Shown: positions 26,852-38,023, counted from the stretch's first letter. The stretch: 64,000 nucleotides of DNA from Candidatus Heimdallarchaeota archaeon (GCA_019056785.1 DXJV01000087.1:1-64000); one strand, 5' to 3'. Made by a program: numbers and translations. The notes: a model not told the origin generated them from the sequence alone.

Positions 26852-29626
26852 TCATTTTTTGGTTTGCGCAAGAAGTAGTTCCTCAAAGGCTGCTATTGCT
26901 GCTGTAAGCTGTCCTTTCTTTTTCCCGCTTCCCCGGGCAAAGGTGGGTTTGCCGCCTCCGGAACCACCCATCACTTTTGCAACAGCTTTAATCAATGTTG
27001 CACTTGAAATTGTTTTTGCAGCAGTTTTTCCGGCACCAATAGCAATGAAAAGGCTCTCTTTTTCAATAAGTAAGATTACAAGGTCAGGGTGCTTTTCTGT
27101 CAGAGTGAAGATTAATTGGCTAAGGTAATCGGTATCTCCTTTGAGGGCTTTTGCGAGGATTTTATAGCGGCCGACCTTTTTAATTGACTTTTCTAATAAC
27201 CGGCCTTCTAAAGCAGCTTTCTCCTTCTTTAATTCCAGAATCTCTTTTTTCTGGGCTTTCCATTCATTGAAGAACCGTTTTACAGTGTTAGGAAGAGCTG
27301 CAAGATCAATACCCCAAACATCAAGCGCTTCGTGGATAATTCGATTTCGTCGCTGGATCTCTTTAATGGCTGTTTCACCCGTAACAAACTCCAGACGAAC
27401 AATACCATCCTGAATCCGTTCTGCACCGAGAATAAGAATTGGTCCTACATCACCTGTACGATTCGCGTGCGTTCCTCCACACGCTTCAATATCTATATCA
27501 TCAATTGCTACGATGCGAAGATATTTTCCAGGAACAGCTCCACCTTGATAGATAGTAAAGCCGTATTTTTGCTCTGCAACGTCCCGTGAGAGGATCTCCT
27601 TTGAGACTGGGATGTTTTGATAAACAATTTCATTTGCTCTTTTCTCGATTTGGGCGATCTGTTCTCGTGTTAAGGAATCATAATGGGTAATATCGAGTCG
27701 AGCTTTTTCCATTGTTTTTTCTGCACCGGCTTGCCAAACGTGTGGTCCCAAGACTTCCCGCGCAGCAGCATTCACAATGTGCGTTCCCGTGTGATGGCTC
27801 ATTAAAATCCTTCGTCGATGAGGATCAACTGTACAGACCACCTTTGTTCGTTTCGTGGGGAGAGGCTGCTCTAAAATGTGCACAACAACTGCACCGACCT
27901 TTCGAACCTCTTTAATTGCCACGCCATCAATAGTGCCAAGATCGTGGAGTTGGCCACCGGATGTGGGATAAAAGCCGGTTTTTTTCAACACAACTAAATT
28001 GTCTTTTTGCCAGAGCACTTCCCCGGTAAAGGTCATCATATCATAATCAACAATGGTGTCGGGCAAGTCATCAGGAATAGGAAGTTCTGCTTGGGTAGCT
28101 AATGGCTTTGCAACACTACTTTGTTCATGAATTTCATTTAGTTTACTGTAGAAATCTTCAGGAATGCGGATGATCTTTCCCATTTCTTTGGCCACTTCAA
28201 CAACCATTTCAGGAACAATGCCGTTAGAATCATAAAGTTTCACCAATTCTTCTGTGGAGAGTCCACTTGCAGTTGTTAGTTTCTTCTGGAGGAGCTTCTT
28301 TCCTTTTTCTTTAGTCGTTTTGTATCGGCGATATTCAATATCAATGACTTTCTTGACAGTTTCACCGTGTTTTGTATATACCGGGAATAAATCTTTAAGA
28401 TCCTCCATATGCCACGCCATAAGATCATGAATGTCCAAGTCCCAACCATTTTTTGCGAGAATGGACCAAACCCGCCGTAAGAGGAAGCGGAGGTTATAGC
28501 CCCCACCAACATTTGATGGCAATGCTCCGTCTGAGATTGCCCATAAAAGGGAGCGCGTATGATCAATAATTGAATAGACTGCTTTCATTGGTTGAATTTC
28601 GTTTCTGAGCTCTCCAGGGTCCATACCAAGGGTTTTCGCCACTTCTATCCAGACTCGAGCAACATTGGTTTCAGTATAATTTAAGATACCACTGTATCGC
28701 CCATATTTTTTCCAGAATGCCTGATTAGGCTTCAAGCCAAGGGTCTTTAGCACTTTGGGAAGGACCGTATTAAAATTCACTTCATATTGTGTTGGTGTGC
28801 CATTGATAAGCCAGGTTGATCGCCCCAAGCCAGCACCCATATCAATCACTGTCGTTGCCAGCTTTTCATAGGAACCATTAGGGGTAATCTTATAGGTCAT
28901 ATAAACCTGATTTCCAATTTCCAATCCCCGGATGAAGAATTCAAGTGAACTTCCGAGGTTTCCTCCGCCGAGCCAAGCATCTTCATGATAAACGATCTCT
29001 TCTGCTTTAACCCCTAAGCCGTTTGTTAAGTAATCATGGATATATTTGATCCCCTCGTCCATGAAATAAATAAACTTCTTAGGTTTGTTAAAAACCAGTT
29101 CTCCCACCATCACAAAGGAGGTGAAATGCCTTCCAGAGAGCCCGACATTATCAATATCATTAAACCGTAAACAAGGCTGTGGAATAAGGACAGGGTTTGC
29201 AGGTGGGTCAACTTCTCCACTAACAACATGTGGTTGAAAACCATAGACAGAGGCTTGAACAAATTCCGTGTCAGCACGCCACCGGGCAACAATGGGATAC
29301 CTAGGAATGACAGTATGGCCATGTTTTTCAAAGATGGGTACCCATGCTTTTGTCCACGTTTCGGTATAGTTAAATCGCTTCTTGGTGGGGGGGTTATCTA
29401 TAAAGCCATAGGGTAAAAGGCCGCTTTTAAGGCGACAATCTGGTTCGTCACAATAATCGCGGTCATTTATCGACCAGAAGCTATTCCCACAATGTTTACA
29501 AACATGCCGCGAAAACCCCAATTCTTGTAAAGATTTTACAGGATAGAATTGTTCAGGTTTGCTCTTTGCTTTCTGGCGGATTTCATTTTTCAATTGCTTC
29601 TCGCTGACCAAGGGAATCACACACAA
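26852..29626 (-). CDS. alaS: Alanine--tRNA ligase (archaeal type)
   Basis: YPIVARWR, RFNDIDNVG.SGRH, DHTR, HHTGTH, IYQGG, ACGGTH, GGSGGG. Confidence 0.96.
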   Translation of the reverse strand: MCVIPLVSEKQLKNEIRQKAKSKPEQFYPVKSLQELGFSRHVCKHCGNSFWSINDRDYCDEPDCRLKSGLLPYGFIDNPPTKKRFNYTETWTKAWVPIFEKHGHTVIPRYPIVARWRADTEFVQASVYGFQPHVVSGEVDPPANPVLIPQPCLRFNDIDNVGLSGRHFTSFVMVGELVFNKPKKFIYFMDEGIKYIHDYLTNGLGVKAEEIVYHEDAWLGGGNLGSSLEFFIRGLEIGNQVYMTYKITPNGSYEKLATTVIDMGAGLGRSTWLINGTPTQYEVNFNTVLPKVLKTLGLKPNQAFWKKYGRYSGILNYTETNVARVWIEVAKTLGMDPGELRNEIQPMKAVYSIIDHTRSLLWAISDGALPSNVGGGYNLRFLLRRVWSILAKNGWDLDIHDLMAWHMEDLKDLFPVYTKHGETVKKVIDIEYRRYKTTKEKGKKLLQKKLTTASGLSTEELVKLYDSNGIVPEMVVEVAKEMGKIIRIPEDFYSKLNEIHEQSSVAKPLATQAELPIPDDLPDTIVDYDMMTFTGEVLWQKDNLVVLKKTGFYPTSGGQLHDLGTIDGVAIKEVRKVGAVVVHILEQPLPTKRTKVVCTVDPHRRRILMSHHTGTHIVNAAAREVLGPHVWQAGAEKTMEKARLDITHYDSLTREQIAQIEKRANEIVYQNIPVSKEILSRDVAEQKYGFTIYQGGAVPGKYLRIVAIDDIDIEACGGTHANRTGDVGPILILGAERIQDGIVRLEFVTGETAIKEIQRRNRIIHEALDVWGIDLAALPNTVKRFFNEWKAQKKEILELKKEKAALEGRLLEKSIKKVGRYKILAKALKGDTDYLSQLIFTLTEKHPDLVILLIEKESLFIAIGAGKTAAKTISSATLIKAVAKVMGGSGGGKPTFARGSGKKKGQLTAAIAAFEELLLAQTKK

Positions 29627-29763
29627 TTAAATTCGTTTTCAAGCCATTTTTATGTTAATTTGCTTCTTTACAAGCTTTCTCTTAAAGTTTCTTATTGTTT
29701 GTTATTAACTATTTCAAACAGATTTAGCAAGTACAACTTAAAAGAAAAAGGGGAAAAAAAGCA

Positions 29764-29800
29764 TCTCCGAAGGTAAAATAACTCGGAGACAGTCGACTGT
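29764..29800 (-). terminator. Hairpins at the 3' end of the ribosomal protein operon
   Basis: TCTCCGA...TCGGAGA stem and 12-bp palindrome ACAGTCGACTGT right after the uL15 stop, then a T-rich run on the - strand. Confidence 0.45.
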
Positions 29801-29804
29801 ACTA

Positions 29805-30248
29805 TTAAACGGTTTTTGCCACGCCACCGGCTTTCTCGAGTTTGGCTTTTGCCGACTTTGAAAATTCTTCAGCAATAATAGCCATCTTCTTTGCTTTGCC
29901 TTTCCCGAGTACCTTAGTAATGCCGAGTTTTCTGGTATCTACGATAATCTTCCCGCCTTCTTTTGTAGCGATGCCTTGTTTTAAGAGGGAGGGGAGTTTC
30001 TCAGTAAGTTCGCCAATATTGATCGCTTTTGTTGGTTGAGAAGCTCTTGGGGGGCGGACAAAGCCTTTTTTGCCATACGTTCGACCAATCTTTATGGAGT
30101 GCATCCATTCATGACGGTCGCCACCGGCATTGCCAACACCGCCTCTACTGCCGGCTTTCTTATGTCCCTTCTGAATACCATAGCCGTGGTGCATACTGCC
30201 GCGCTGTTTGCGCACTTTTCGTTTAAATCTTTGAACCATTTTTTTCAT
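29805..30248 (-). CDS. rpl15: Ribosomal protein uL15
   Basis: RKQRGS..HGYG, GSRGGVGNAG, GKKGF, KVLGKG. Confidence 0.95.
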   Translation of the reverse strand: MKKMVQRFKRKVRKQRGSMHHGYGIQKGHKKAGSRGGVGNAGGDRHEWMHSIKIGRTYGKKGFVRPPRASQPTKAINIGELTEKLPSLLKQGIATKEGGKIIVDTRKLGITKVLGKGKAKKMAIIAEEFSKSAKAKLEKAGGVAKTV

Positions 30249-30255
30249 CCCTCTT

Positions 30256-30741
30256 TTACATCATTCGCTCCAGGAGCTCATTAATTGCTGCTCCCCGGTA
30301 GCCCAAGTCACCATGTCTTTGGACAGGATTCTTTACACTTTTAAAACCTTTACGAGGGGGATGCAAACGGAAAAGAGGTTTAAGCCCTTCAATTCGCCGC
30401 ATATCAGCTTTTCCTGCCAGAAGAGCAGTCACGAATGCACTTAAACTTTCAAATTTATGTTGTTTCAAGAAGGTTGTTGTTAGTTTTTTATTTCCACTGA
30501 TTTTTCCTCGTTTCTTCAGTAATGCTGTGAGAGTCCGCTTGTCAATTTCGCCCCATGTGACTGCATCCTTTACTTTTTGAAGCATGCCACGATGAGTTGC
30601 ATCATTAGGCACAACAACAGCATGATTAGGACGAGTTAAGTTCAGCAATTTAAGGGCATGTTTGACATCTTTTGGTTGGTCAACATTGCCTCTGATTCGA
30701 ACGATTGCTAATAAACCAGCGGCATCCTTTTTTGTAGACAT
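30256..30741 (-). CDS. rpl30: Ribosomal protein uL30
   Basis: VRIRG, GMLQKVKD..TWGE, FRLHPPRKGF, LGYRG. Confidence 0.95.
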   Translation of the reverse strand: MSTKKDAAGLLAIVRIRGNVDQPKDVKHALKLLNLTRPNHAVVVPNDATHRGMLQKVKDAVTWGEIDKRTLTALLKKRGKISGNKKLTTTFLKQHKFESLSAFVTALLAGKADMRRIEGLKPLFRLHPPRKGFKSVKNPVQRHGDLGYRGAAINELLERMM

Positions 30742-30764
30742 TTTTTTCACACTCTTTTCAATTA

Positions 30765-31385
30765 TTACCTACCCCAGTCTCTCGGGGTCATAATTTTGTA
30801 CGTTGCTTTCAACGCTTCAAAGGTCGCCTTCGCATAATTTGAAGTTGTTCGTGTCTCGCCAAAGGTCTTTGTCCAGACATCTGTAATGCCTGCTAACTCA
30901 AAGACGATTTTCGCGACATTTCCTGAAGCTAAACCCAAGCCTTTTGGCGCGGGTTTACATATGACCTCGACATTTCCGGTTTTCCCTCTTACTTTGAAGG
31001 GAATGCTATGGGGATCATGGCAGGAACACTCCCAAGAACCACACCCACGTCGTACGGGTGCGAGATTCAGTTTGGCAGCAGTAATCGCCTTTCGAATGGC
31101 AGGACCGATCTCTCGTGTTTTCGCTTCGCCTATACCGATATAGCCATTGCGATTGCCAACTGCAACGCAAGCTTTAAACCGTGACTTTTCACCTGCATCG
31201 GTTTGTCTTTGTACGAGGTTAATATTTATTACTTCATCTTCAAGATTCGGAACGAGGGCATCGATAATTTCTTCCTCACTTATTTTCTTCGATTGTTGGA
31301 AGATTTCATCGATAGATGTTATTTCACCTTTTTTTACCATTCGACCGAGTTTTGTTTTTGGTTTCCATTCACTTAATTCTGCCAT
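30765..31385 (-). CDS. rps5: Ribosomal protein uS5
   Basis: [25 protein letters not shown]. Confidence 0.97.
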   Translation of the reverse strand: MAELSEWKPKTKLGRMVKKGEITSIDEIFQQSKKISEEEIIDALVPNLEDEVININLVQRQTDAGEKSRFKACVAVGNRNGYIGIGEAKTREIGPAIRKAITAAKLNLAPVRRGCGSWECSCHDPHSIPFKVRGKTGNVEVICKPAPKGLGLASGNVAKIVFELAGITDVWTKTFGETRTTSNYAKATFEALKATYKIMTPRDWGR

Positions 31386-31391
31386 TTTTCA

Positions 31392-32297
31392 TCACTTTTT
31401 AGATTTTGTTCCTGAAGAGCTCTTTTTTGTCGAAGTGGTAGGCTTCTTACCTTTTGTACTGGTGGTTGTTTTACTTACAGTTGATTTCTTAGCGCCAGTT
31501 GATGTAGTACTCTTCTTTTTAGTGGTCGAAGTAGCAGCTTTTTTAGTTGTCGTCGTTGGCTTCTTTTTTGGAGGTGTGGTTTTTGTTGCAGCGGTGGTCT
31601 TTGGCTTTGGCGTGGGTTTCTTTGTTGGAGTTGCTTTCTTCTTTGGTGCAGCTTTCTTTGCTTTGTTTTTCTTATTACGATTTGTAAGATAACTCTTCAT
31701 GGTCTTTGAGATGAAAGCTTCATCAATGGCTTTCTTAGTTGCCTTGAAGTATGTTGGAAGGCTCTCAGGCTTTGCGCCTGTTTTCTTGTAGCCGGAAAAT
31801 TGTTGTTGATATTTTTCAGGCTGTTCTTTCTTTAACTTGGCAGCAAAGTCAGCGATAATTTGACCGCTAATTCGCTCTTCGGATGGAAAGATCTCAGGAT
31901 CATGAGGGATATTTAAGCCGGCCTGGACTGCGCCACAAAGCATTGCTGCAATTCGGGTATCTTTTCTACAGGAATTAATACCAATATCAAGAATGGCATT
32001 CTTTATACCAAGAGACAGAGCATATTTTCCTGCGAGATAGCCCGTTAAATAGGCAGCTGGAACGTTGCTGGTCGCACCTTTCCAACCATACTGTTTAAGA
32101 TGTTGGGAGGAGGCGGCTGTCAGGATCTTGTCGCCGATAACTTCTGCTTGAACGACACTCACTAAGTGATGCTTGTTAGAGCGTCGTACAACCAACCGGG
32201 GTAAACCTGATCGTAATAATCGCGCCCTTCTATGGAAGTTCGTTTTCCCACTCCGTCTTCTGCGGAAGGGGACATGATAATGTGCGGATTTTGCCAT
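31392..32297 (-). CDS. rpl18: Ribosomal protein uL18 with ~100-aa Lys/Thr-rich C-terminal tail
   Basis: RRRRSGKTN, RLVVRRSN, AAYLTGYL, LDIG; then a low-complexity K/T/S/P tail. Confidence 0.95.
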   Translation of the reverse strand: MAKSAHYHVPFRRRRSGKTNFHRRARLLRSGLPRLVVRRSNKHHLVSVVQAEVIGDKILTAASSQHLKQYGWKGATSNVPAAYLTGYLAGKYALSLGIKNAILDIGINSCRKDTRIAAMLCGAVQAGLNIPHDPEIFPSEERISGQIIADFAAKLKKEQPEKYQQQFSGYKKTGAKPESLPTYFKATKKAIDEAFISKTMKSYLTNRNKKNKAKKAAPKKKATPTKKPTPKPKTTAATKTTPPKKKPTTTTKKAATSTTKKKSTTSTGAKKSTVSKTTTSTKGKKPTTSTKKSSSGTKSKK

Positions 32298-32302
32298 TGT
32301 TC

Positions 32303-32827
32303 TCACGAACTCCTCTTAACCTTTTTTGACTTTGCAACACGAAGCTCGCGCATCACGGCTTCGACTTCAGGTAAGCGACGTTTGGACATTCTGTGATCTT
32401 GAATGTACATTCGCAAATAATTTGCAGAGCGAAACATTCCACCTTTTGCTCGGAGATAGAGCAAACGATAAGTTGCTTTATCGATAAAGTTTTTGTCACG
32501 AAGCACTTTTAGATAAGCACGTTGTTTCCGGATGCGATTGATCCAATCGCGTCGGAGGTCTGTTCGTGCGGACTTTCGACCTTTTCGACTGCCATGTCCT
32601 CTTCGCTGACCTTTAATACGTTTCACATGAAGCTCTCGGGCTCGACTGCGACTGACTCCTTTTATCTTTCTGACTCGAATAGCACCACTATGAATTAATG
32701 CTCGAATATCTCTTCTAGTAAGTGCCATTTGAACATCATCTGCAGCATCAGGGTCAATGTAGACTCTATTAACGCCTACCCCGAGAATATCAGCTGCAAT
32801 ATTTCTTTGCGTTTTTAAATCAGTCAT
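32303..32827 (-). CDS. rpl19e: Ribosomal protein eL19
   Basis: GVGVNRVYIDP, GHGSRKG, WINRIRKQR, YLRAKGG. Confidence 0.96.
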   Translation of the reverse strand: MTDLKTQRNIAADILGVGVNRVYIDPDAADDVQMALTRRDIRALIHSGAIRVRKIKGVSRSRARELHVKRIKGQRRGHGSRKGRKSARTDLRRDWINRIRKQRAYLKVLRDKNFIDKATYRLLYLRAKGGMFRSANYLRMYIQDHRMSKRRLPEVEAVMRELRVAKSKKVKRSS

Positions 32828-32846
32828 TCTTCTTCATTCCTCTTTG

Positions 32847-33734
32847 TTATTTTTTCTTCTTTGTAGTGGTAGCTTTTTTGGTTGTAGTACCTGTTGTTGA
32901 CTTCTTACTAGAAGTGGTCTTTTTTGCGCCGGAGGAAGAACTTTTCTTTGCCGAAGCGCTTTTTGAAGCTGATTTCTTGGCTGTGCTTGTACTCGTAGCC
33001 TTTTTAGTGGTAGATTTTGTTGAGGTGCTTTTCTTTGTGGTCGTGCTAGTAGGCTTCTTTGTAGTGGTAGACTTCTTTGTGGTTGTTGAACTTTTGGTAG
33101 TTGTTGGCTTCTTGGTTGTGGTCTTCTTTGCAGCAGGTTTCTTAGTCGTGGTTGATTTCTTTGCTGTCGGTTTCTTTTTCATGCCAATTTCAGCTTCAAT
33201 TCGTTCTAATTCTTCTAATTCTGAAGCCGTTAGACTCGTCGCTGAGGGGCGTTTCTTTCGAGGCTTTTTCGCCTCCGATTTTTTCTTCACGTCGCTATCT
33301 TTCTCTTGCAACAACTCCTCAGAGATTTCTGAGATGGTGGCGAAAGACAATGCTTCTTCCGGTCGGTTTATGATTTTAATACCCAATTCATCGGCGCGAT
33401 TTGTAATTGCTACCTTCTTTCTTGTGCCGACAGAAGAGGCAATTCTTGCGACCTGAGTTTTTAGGGTGATCTGCTCGAGTTCATCTGTATTGTGAATTAA
33501 TACTTCCTCTTTACCAGTTCGGGTTAGCCCGCGGGTGGCCTTTGGTCCACGAAAACCTACACGAACTATCGTTGGTATTCCGCGCTTGTGGTGGCGCATG
33601 GAATTGTCAATACCAATTGGCTTTCGCCAACTCGTTTTTAAACGTTTATAGCGCCAGCTCTCTTGTCGCCTGAATTTTGGGCGTGATTTTCGGATTTTAT
33701 CACGCTCTCGTAATAATCGCTTGTCAACTGTCAT
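32847..33734 (-). CDS. rpl32e: Ribosomal protein eL32 with long acidic then Lys/Thr-rich C-terminal extension
   Basis: FRRQESWRYKRL..SWRKPIGIDN, GFRGP; start MTVDK at 33734. Confidence 0.95.
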   Translation of the reverse strand: MTVDKRLLRERDKIRKSRPKFRRQESWRYKRLKTSWRKPIGIDNSMRHHKRGIPTIVRVGFRGPKATRGLTRTGKEEVLIHNTDELEQITLKTQVARIASSVGTRKKVAITNRADELGIKIINRPEEALSFATISEISEELLQEKDSDVKKKSEAKKPRKKRPSATSLTASELEELERIEAEIGMKKKPTAKKSTTTKKPAAKKTTTKKPTTTKSSTTTKKSTTTKKPTSTTTKKSTSTKSTTKKATSTSTAKKSASKSASAKKSSSSGAKKTTSSKKSTTGTTTKKATTTKKKK

Positions 33735-33750
33735 CTTCTTTTTCCAACTC

Positions 33751-34311
33751 CTATTCAATACCAACATGTTGTGCTGAAAGCCAGATACCATCCATAAATC
33801 TTCGAGGGTCCTTGTGATATTTTCCTCGGAGTTTACAAGCTTCTTGAATGTTCGCGGAGGTTTGACCAACATGTTCTTTATTTATCCCGGTGATAATCAA
33901 TTCATCACCTTCGACCTTGACTTTGACATCATCACCAAAAATCTTTGCAAACCGCGGATGGCGTTGCCCGTACAGATTCTTAATGATTACTTCTTTGCCT
34001 TTCACTTCGACTGTGATGGGAAAGTGGGAATAGACAATGGTTAGACGATAGGTGTATCCTTGGGTTACACCGACAATCATGTTTCTAACATGAGCTGCAA
34101 TTGTTCCGAGCATTGCTAATTCTTTCTTTCTAGGAAAGGCAACGGAAATTTTCAGAGTGTTCTTTGTCAGAGAGAGTTTCACAGGTTCGCCTGCGAAGTC
34201 ACGTTCGAGGGTTCCTTTCGGACCGGTAACAGTCACTTTCATACCTTTGAGGGAAAGTGTCACCCCTTCTGGTGCTTCTACAGTTCGTTCTGAGTAGACT
34301 GCTTTTGGCAT
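33751..34311 (-). CDS. rpl6: Ribosomal protein uL6
   Basis: VTGPKG, GVTQGY, YSHFP, DPRRFMDGI. Confidence 0.96.
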   Translation of the reverse strand: MPKAVYSERTVEAPEGVTLSLKGMKVTVTGPKGTLERDFAGEPVKLSLTKNTLKISVAFPRKKELAMLGTIAAHVRNMIVGVTQGYTYRLTIVYSHFPITVEVKGKEVIIKNLYGQRHPRFAKIFGDDVKVKVEGDELIITGINKEHVGQTSANIQEACKLRGKYHKDPRRFMDGIWLSAQHVGIE

Positions 34312-34328
34312 TCGCTAATCACTCCTAT

Positions 34329-34721
34329 TTAGTAAACATAGGCGAGGAGCCGTCCTCCAATACCTAATGCTTTCGCATCTTCGTGGCTCATCACACCCTT
34401 TGGTGTGGAGACGATAAGAATTCCAATATCTCTTGCTGGGAGGAATTTTTCTTCCCAAATCTCGAATTCTTGATGTTTCACAGGAAAGCGGGGCTTAATG
34501 ACCGCGCATTTGTTTATCCGCCCTAACAATTGAATTTTGAAGATGCCTGCACGGTCGTCGTCAATAAATTCAAATTCACCAATGTAACCTTTTGCCATCA
34601 TTACTTTGATGACAGAGGAGATCAATTTCGAGGCGGGTTTCAAATAAACTTCTCGCTTTCCCAACTTCTCAGCATTTTGGATGCTGTTCATCGCGTTAGC
34701 AAGAGTATCTAATAAAGGCAT
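34329..34721 (-). CDS. rps8: Ribosomal protein uS8
   Basis: [29 protein letters not shown]. Confidence 0.97.
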   Translation of the reverse strand: MPLLDTLANAMNSIQNAEKLGKREVYLKPASKLISSVIKVMMAKGYIGEFEFIDDDRAGIFKIQLLGRINKCAVIKPRFPVKHQEFEIWEEKFLPARDIGILIVSTPKGVMSHEDAKALGIGGRLLAYVY

Positions 34722-34757
34722 GTACCATTCACCTTCTATTCTTTTCGCATGGATGCT

Positions 34758-34940
34758 TTATCCACCATGCCCTCCATAGCGTTTGAAGCCGATAGTATCT
34801 GCGACTTCACGGAAGCAGCGTCGACAGAGGTATAAACCATGACGACGGATGAGCCCAACACGCGTTCCACATCGAGAGCATTGACGCGAACCTTTACCAA
34901 ATTTTGCTTCTCTTGGTTTTGTTCCTGAACCTTTAGCCAT
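34758..34940 (-). CDS. rps14: Ribosomal protein uS14
   Basis: [19 protein letters not shown]. Confidence 0.96.
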   Translation of the reverse strand: MAKGSGTKPREAKFGKGSRQCSRCGTRVGLIRRHGLYLCRRCFREVADTIGFKRYGGHGG

Positions 34941-34951
34941 TTCGTTTTCAC

Positions 34952-35506
34952 CTATTCTACAATTAGTCCAAGTTCGGTTTCAGCGAATACTATCGCTTCT
35001 TCTCTTGAGATCCTGTGCTTCACAGGAATCTTCTTCGGGGAACGGAATCTTCGTTTTACCCGATAGCCTGGGCGTTCTAACCGTATTAGAACATCCAGTC
35101 CTGTTACCCCCAAATTTGGGTCGTATTTCGTGCCTGGAATGTCGATGTGCTCTCTTATACCAAATCCGAAGTTTCCTTCGCGGTCGAAAGCACGTCTAGA
35201 AATTTTATTATCACGAACATCAAACAATCGCGGAATGAGATCTTTGATTTTCTGTTGGTCCCGGATGGTGACCATTGCTCCAATGGGTTCGCCCTTTCGA
35301 ATCCCAAACTCTCGGAAAGTCCGTTTCGCCCTTGTTTCCTTCGTTTTCATTCTACTGATAGATTCAATGATCTTCCTGACACGCTCTAAAGCTTCTCCTG
35401 ATTCTCCAACACTACAATGAAGGATTAAAGAAGCGACCTTAGGTTTCCGCATGGGGTGTTTTTTCCAATCATTAAGAAAGTCGTCTTTACTCATTGCAGC
35501 TGCCAT
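34952..35506 (-). CDS. rpl5: Ribosomal protein uL5
   Basis: [31 protein letters not shown]. Confidence 0.97.
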   Translation of the reverse strand: MAAAMSKDDFLNDWKKHPMRKPKVASLILHCSVGESGEALERVRKIIESISRMKTKETRAKRTFREFGIRKGEPIGAMVTIRDQQKIKDLIPRLFDVRDNKISRRAFDREGNFGFGIREHIDIPGTKYDPNLGVTGLDVLIRLERPGYRVKRRFRSPKKIPVKHRISREEAIVFAETELGLIVE

Positions 35507-36261
35507 TATTTACCAGCTCCTCCTTTTGCTTCTTCCCAGAAGGGGACTTTATCACCAACAACAAACACATATTCGGGAGTTGTTTGTACTTCCACCCCGT
35601 CAGATGAAACTATTTTCACCGTTGAGGCACGTGGACCAAACCGCCATTGGAATTCTGTTATGGTGCCGGCTTTCCCAACGTTTCGTCCTGCAATTATGAA
35701 GGCATATTTTCCTTCTTTGAAGGGGTAATGTGCCAAGATTTTTTGACTTGGAAGTTCAATTACAATAGTGTCCTTTGTCATGTATTTTTGTTCGATACCT
35801 TCTTCTTTTGGCAATAGGATGTTTCTTCCATCGTGAAGGTTTAATTGCAATTGTCCGCCCTTAATAGTCGTCTTATTGAGGATTTGACAGGCCTTTTGAT
35901 TCCTTGGCCCCTTTTTAATTTCATAGGGAGCCAGAACGTGCAAGTAATGGGGTAAAAGACGGAAGCTTTTATTGATCTGGTCGATTTGTATAACATCCAT
36001 TAAACCAACAGGGAATTTTGGATTGGTTACTACACGACCATCCACTTTCACATAATGCTTGTTAAGGATAAACTTTAGTTCATGAGCTGTTTCTGCAAGT
36101 TTCAAAATATCACGTAAGAGGATGCCAATAGGAACGCTTTTATCTTTGCTGTGAGGACCGGGATCCGCTCGAAAAGCAAATTTATGCTTCTTCCGGGGGA
36201 GCACCCAGTTACGTGGGGAGGCTATCCGTTTCTGATGTTTTGAACCACCTGATTTTGTCAT
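35506..36261 (-). CDS. rps4e: Ribosomal protein eS4
   Basis: HQKRIASP, PGPH, FPVGLMDV, LHDGRN. Confidence 0.96.
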   Translation of the reverse strand: MTKSGGSKHQKRIASPRNWVLPRKKHKFAFRADPGPHSKDKSVPIGILLRDILKLAETAHELKFILNKHYVKVDGRVVTNPKFPVGLMDVIQIDQINKSFRLLPHYLHVLAPYEIKKGPRNQKACQILNKTTIKGGQLQLNLHDGRNILLPKEEGIEQKYMTKDTIVIELPSQKILAHYPFKEGKYAFIIAGRNVGKAGTITEFQWRFGPRASTVKIVSSDGVEVQTTPEYVFVVGDKVPFWEEAKGGAGK

Positions 36262-36277
36262 TTTTTTCTCAATCCTG

Positions 36278-36700
36278 CTAACTTGATTCTTCAACAACCT
36301 CTTCTTCTAATTCCTCTTCTTCGAGGGGGAGGCGTCTCTCGACAACAGCTTTTCGGCCTTTGTCTCGCATATTCTTCAAATTAATGATCTCACAATTGCA
36401 TGCCCGAACTGGAAAGTGTTGAGCCGAGCCATCTGTCTTCTCAAAGGTTACCCCTTCAACAGTAAGACGCATCGCTCGATAATCAACTTTCGAGACCTCG
36501 CCTTCTATGCCTTTAAAAGAACCCTTCCGAATACGAATGGTGTCACCTTTTCGGACAACCAGCTGTTTTACGCCCTCTTTTTCAGCTAGTGCCGGAGCAA
36601 GGGGAGCGGTTAGGATCTTTCGTCGTTTGTGTAATGGCGCGGTGTAAAGTTGCTTTCGTTTTTTGGAAGGACGTTTTGTGAGTGAAGCTTTCCGTTTCAT
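36278..36700 (-). CDS. rpl24: Ribosomal protein uL24
   Basis: APLHKRRK, KOW motif VRKGD..GSFKG. Confidence 0.95.
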   Translation of the reverse strand: MKRKASLTKRPSKKRKQLYTAPLHKRRKILTAPLAPALAEKEGVKQLVVRKGDTIRIRKGSFKGIEGEVSKVDYRAMRLTVEGVTFEKTDGSAQHFPVRACNCEIINLKNMRDKGRKAVVERRLPLEEEELEEEVVEESS

Positions 36701-36719
36701 CTTTTTTCAACTCCTGAGA

Positions 36720-37136
36720 TCAAACAATAGTGCTGGCAGCATGTGCCACTCGAGGCCAGCGTTCTGCCGCTTCTTTAGCGACAGGACCCCTAATTTCGCT
36801 TCCACGAGGGCTTCCCTCGGGACTGGAAATAACTGCAGCATTATCTTCAAATTGTACCCACAGACCATTTGGTCTTCGATACATTTTCCGCTGACGGATC
36901 ACTATTGCAGGTAAGACTTGTCGTCTCATTTGAGGAGTTCCTTTTTTGACTGAAACAATCACCATATCGCCTATGGAGGCTGTGGGGTAACGATTCAGTC
37001 GACCTTTGAAACCTTTAACTGCAATAATCTCAATTACTTTCGCACCGGTGTTATCAGCGCACGTTAACCGTGTGCCAACGCTAACACCCTTGCTGAGTCT
37101 TGGGAGAGATATTCCGGTTACTTTTCTTCTTGACAT
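36720..37136 (-). CDS. rpl14: Ribosomal protein uL14
   Basis: [27 protein letters not shown]. Confidence 0.97.
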   Translation of the reverse strand: MSRRKVTGISLPRLSKGVSVGTRLTCADNTGAKVIEIIAVKGFKGRLNRYPTASIGDMVIVSVKKGTPQMRRQVLPAIVIRQRKMYRRPNGLWVQFEDNAAVISSPEGSPRGSEIRGPVAKEAAERWPRVAHAASTIV

Positions 37137-37158
37137 TTTTCCATACTCCTCAAGTATT

Positions 37159-37506
37159 TCACTGTTCTTTGCCTTCAGTAGGCTGCTTTTCTTTTGCAAT
37201 TACAACATAAGCAATAGTCTTGCTTAATGGTCGACATTCCATAATTTTGACGATATCACCTTCCCGAGCATCGATGCAGGGAGGATTATGAGAGGCAATT
37301 GTGCTGTGCTTTCGTTCATATCGCTTGTATTTTTTGACGAAAGAGAGGTAATCTCTTCGAACGACTACAGACTTTTGCATTTTATGGCTGACAACTGTGC
37401 CAGTCAGAATTCTTCCTCGAACACGCAAGCTTCCATGGAAGGGACAATTTACATCGTTACAAACTTTTTCTGGTTCTGGAACATCAACGCCAATATATCT
37501 TGACAT
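37159..37506 (-). CDS. rps17: Ribosomal protein uS17
   Basis: [19 protein letters not shown]. Confidence 0.97.
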   Translation of the reverse strand: MSRYIGVDVPEPEKVCNDVNCPFHGSLRVRGRILTGTVVSHKMQKSVVVRRDYLSFVKKYKRYERKHSTIASHNPPCIDAREGDIVKIMECRPLSKTIAYVVIAKEKQPTEGKEQ

Positions 37507-37514
37507 CTTTTCTT

Positions 37515-37823
37515 TTACCACCTTTTACGAATACTTTTTTTCAATCTATTTTCTGGTTGTCCTTTTAATACCCAGCCTTCAACATCCACCTGCTCGCCAG
37601 ATGGGAGAGTAAATCGGAATATGCAGTCTTTTTTCGGGACCTTTATGCGTTGGCGTTGTCCAAGAGTAGCAGTGGGAAAGGGTTCAATAACCAATAGGTT
37701 TTTCGTCTCGTCAATGACAAGCCCTTTTAGACCTATTCGTTGTTTGTCTGTTGCGGAGAGTATTTCAATAGTCAAACCGATCAACTCATGTTGGTGGATA
37801 TTTTCAGGGGTTTGTGGACTCAA
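37515..37823 (-). CDS. rnp1: RNase P protein component 1 (Rpp29/Pop4)
   Basis: HELIGL, G.VIDETKN, VPK, PENRLK; canonical operon position. Confidence 0.92.
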   Translation of the reverse strand: MSPQTPENIHQHELIGLTIEILSATDKQRIGLKGLVIDETKNLLVIEPFPTATLGQRQRIKVPKKDCIFRFTLPSGEQVDVEGWVLKGQPENRLKKSIRKRW

Positions 37824-38023
37824 AGTTCACCATTCTCTTTCATTACAGTTAATATTCTTGCGATGGTCTTTTTCACTTGTTTAACCTTGGTGGGCTTTTC
37901 AAGTGAACCACCGGTTGCAATCCCTGCCCGTAAAACGGCAAGGTCCTTTTGCAATTTTGTTAATTGATACTTTCGCTGTTCAGCGCTCATATACCGAATT
38001 TCACGCATTCTCAGAATTGGCAT
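37820..38023 (-). CDS. rpl29: Ribosomal protein uL29
   Basis: LRMREIR, KKTIARILT. Confidence 0.94.
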   Translation of the reverse strand: MPILRMREIRYMSAEQRKYQLTKLQKDLAVLRAGIATGGSLEKPTKVKQVKKTIARILTVMKENGEL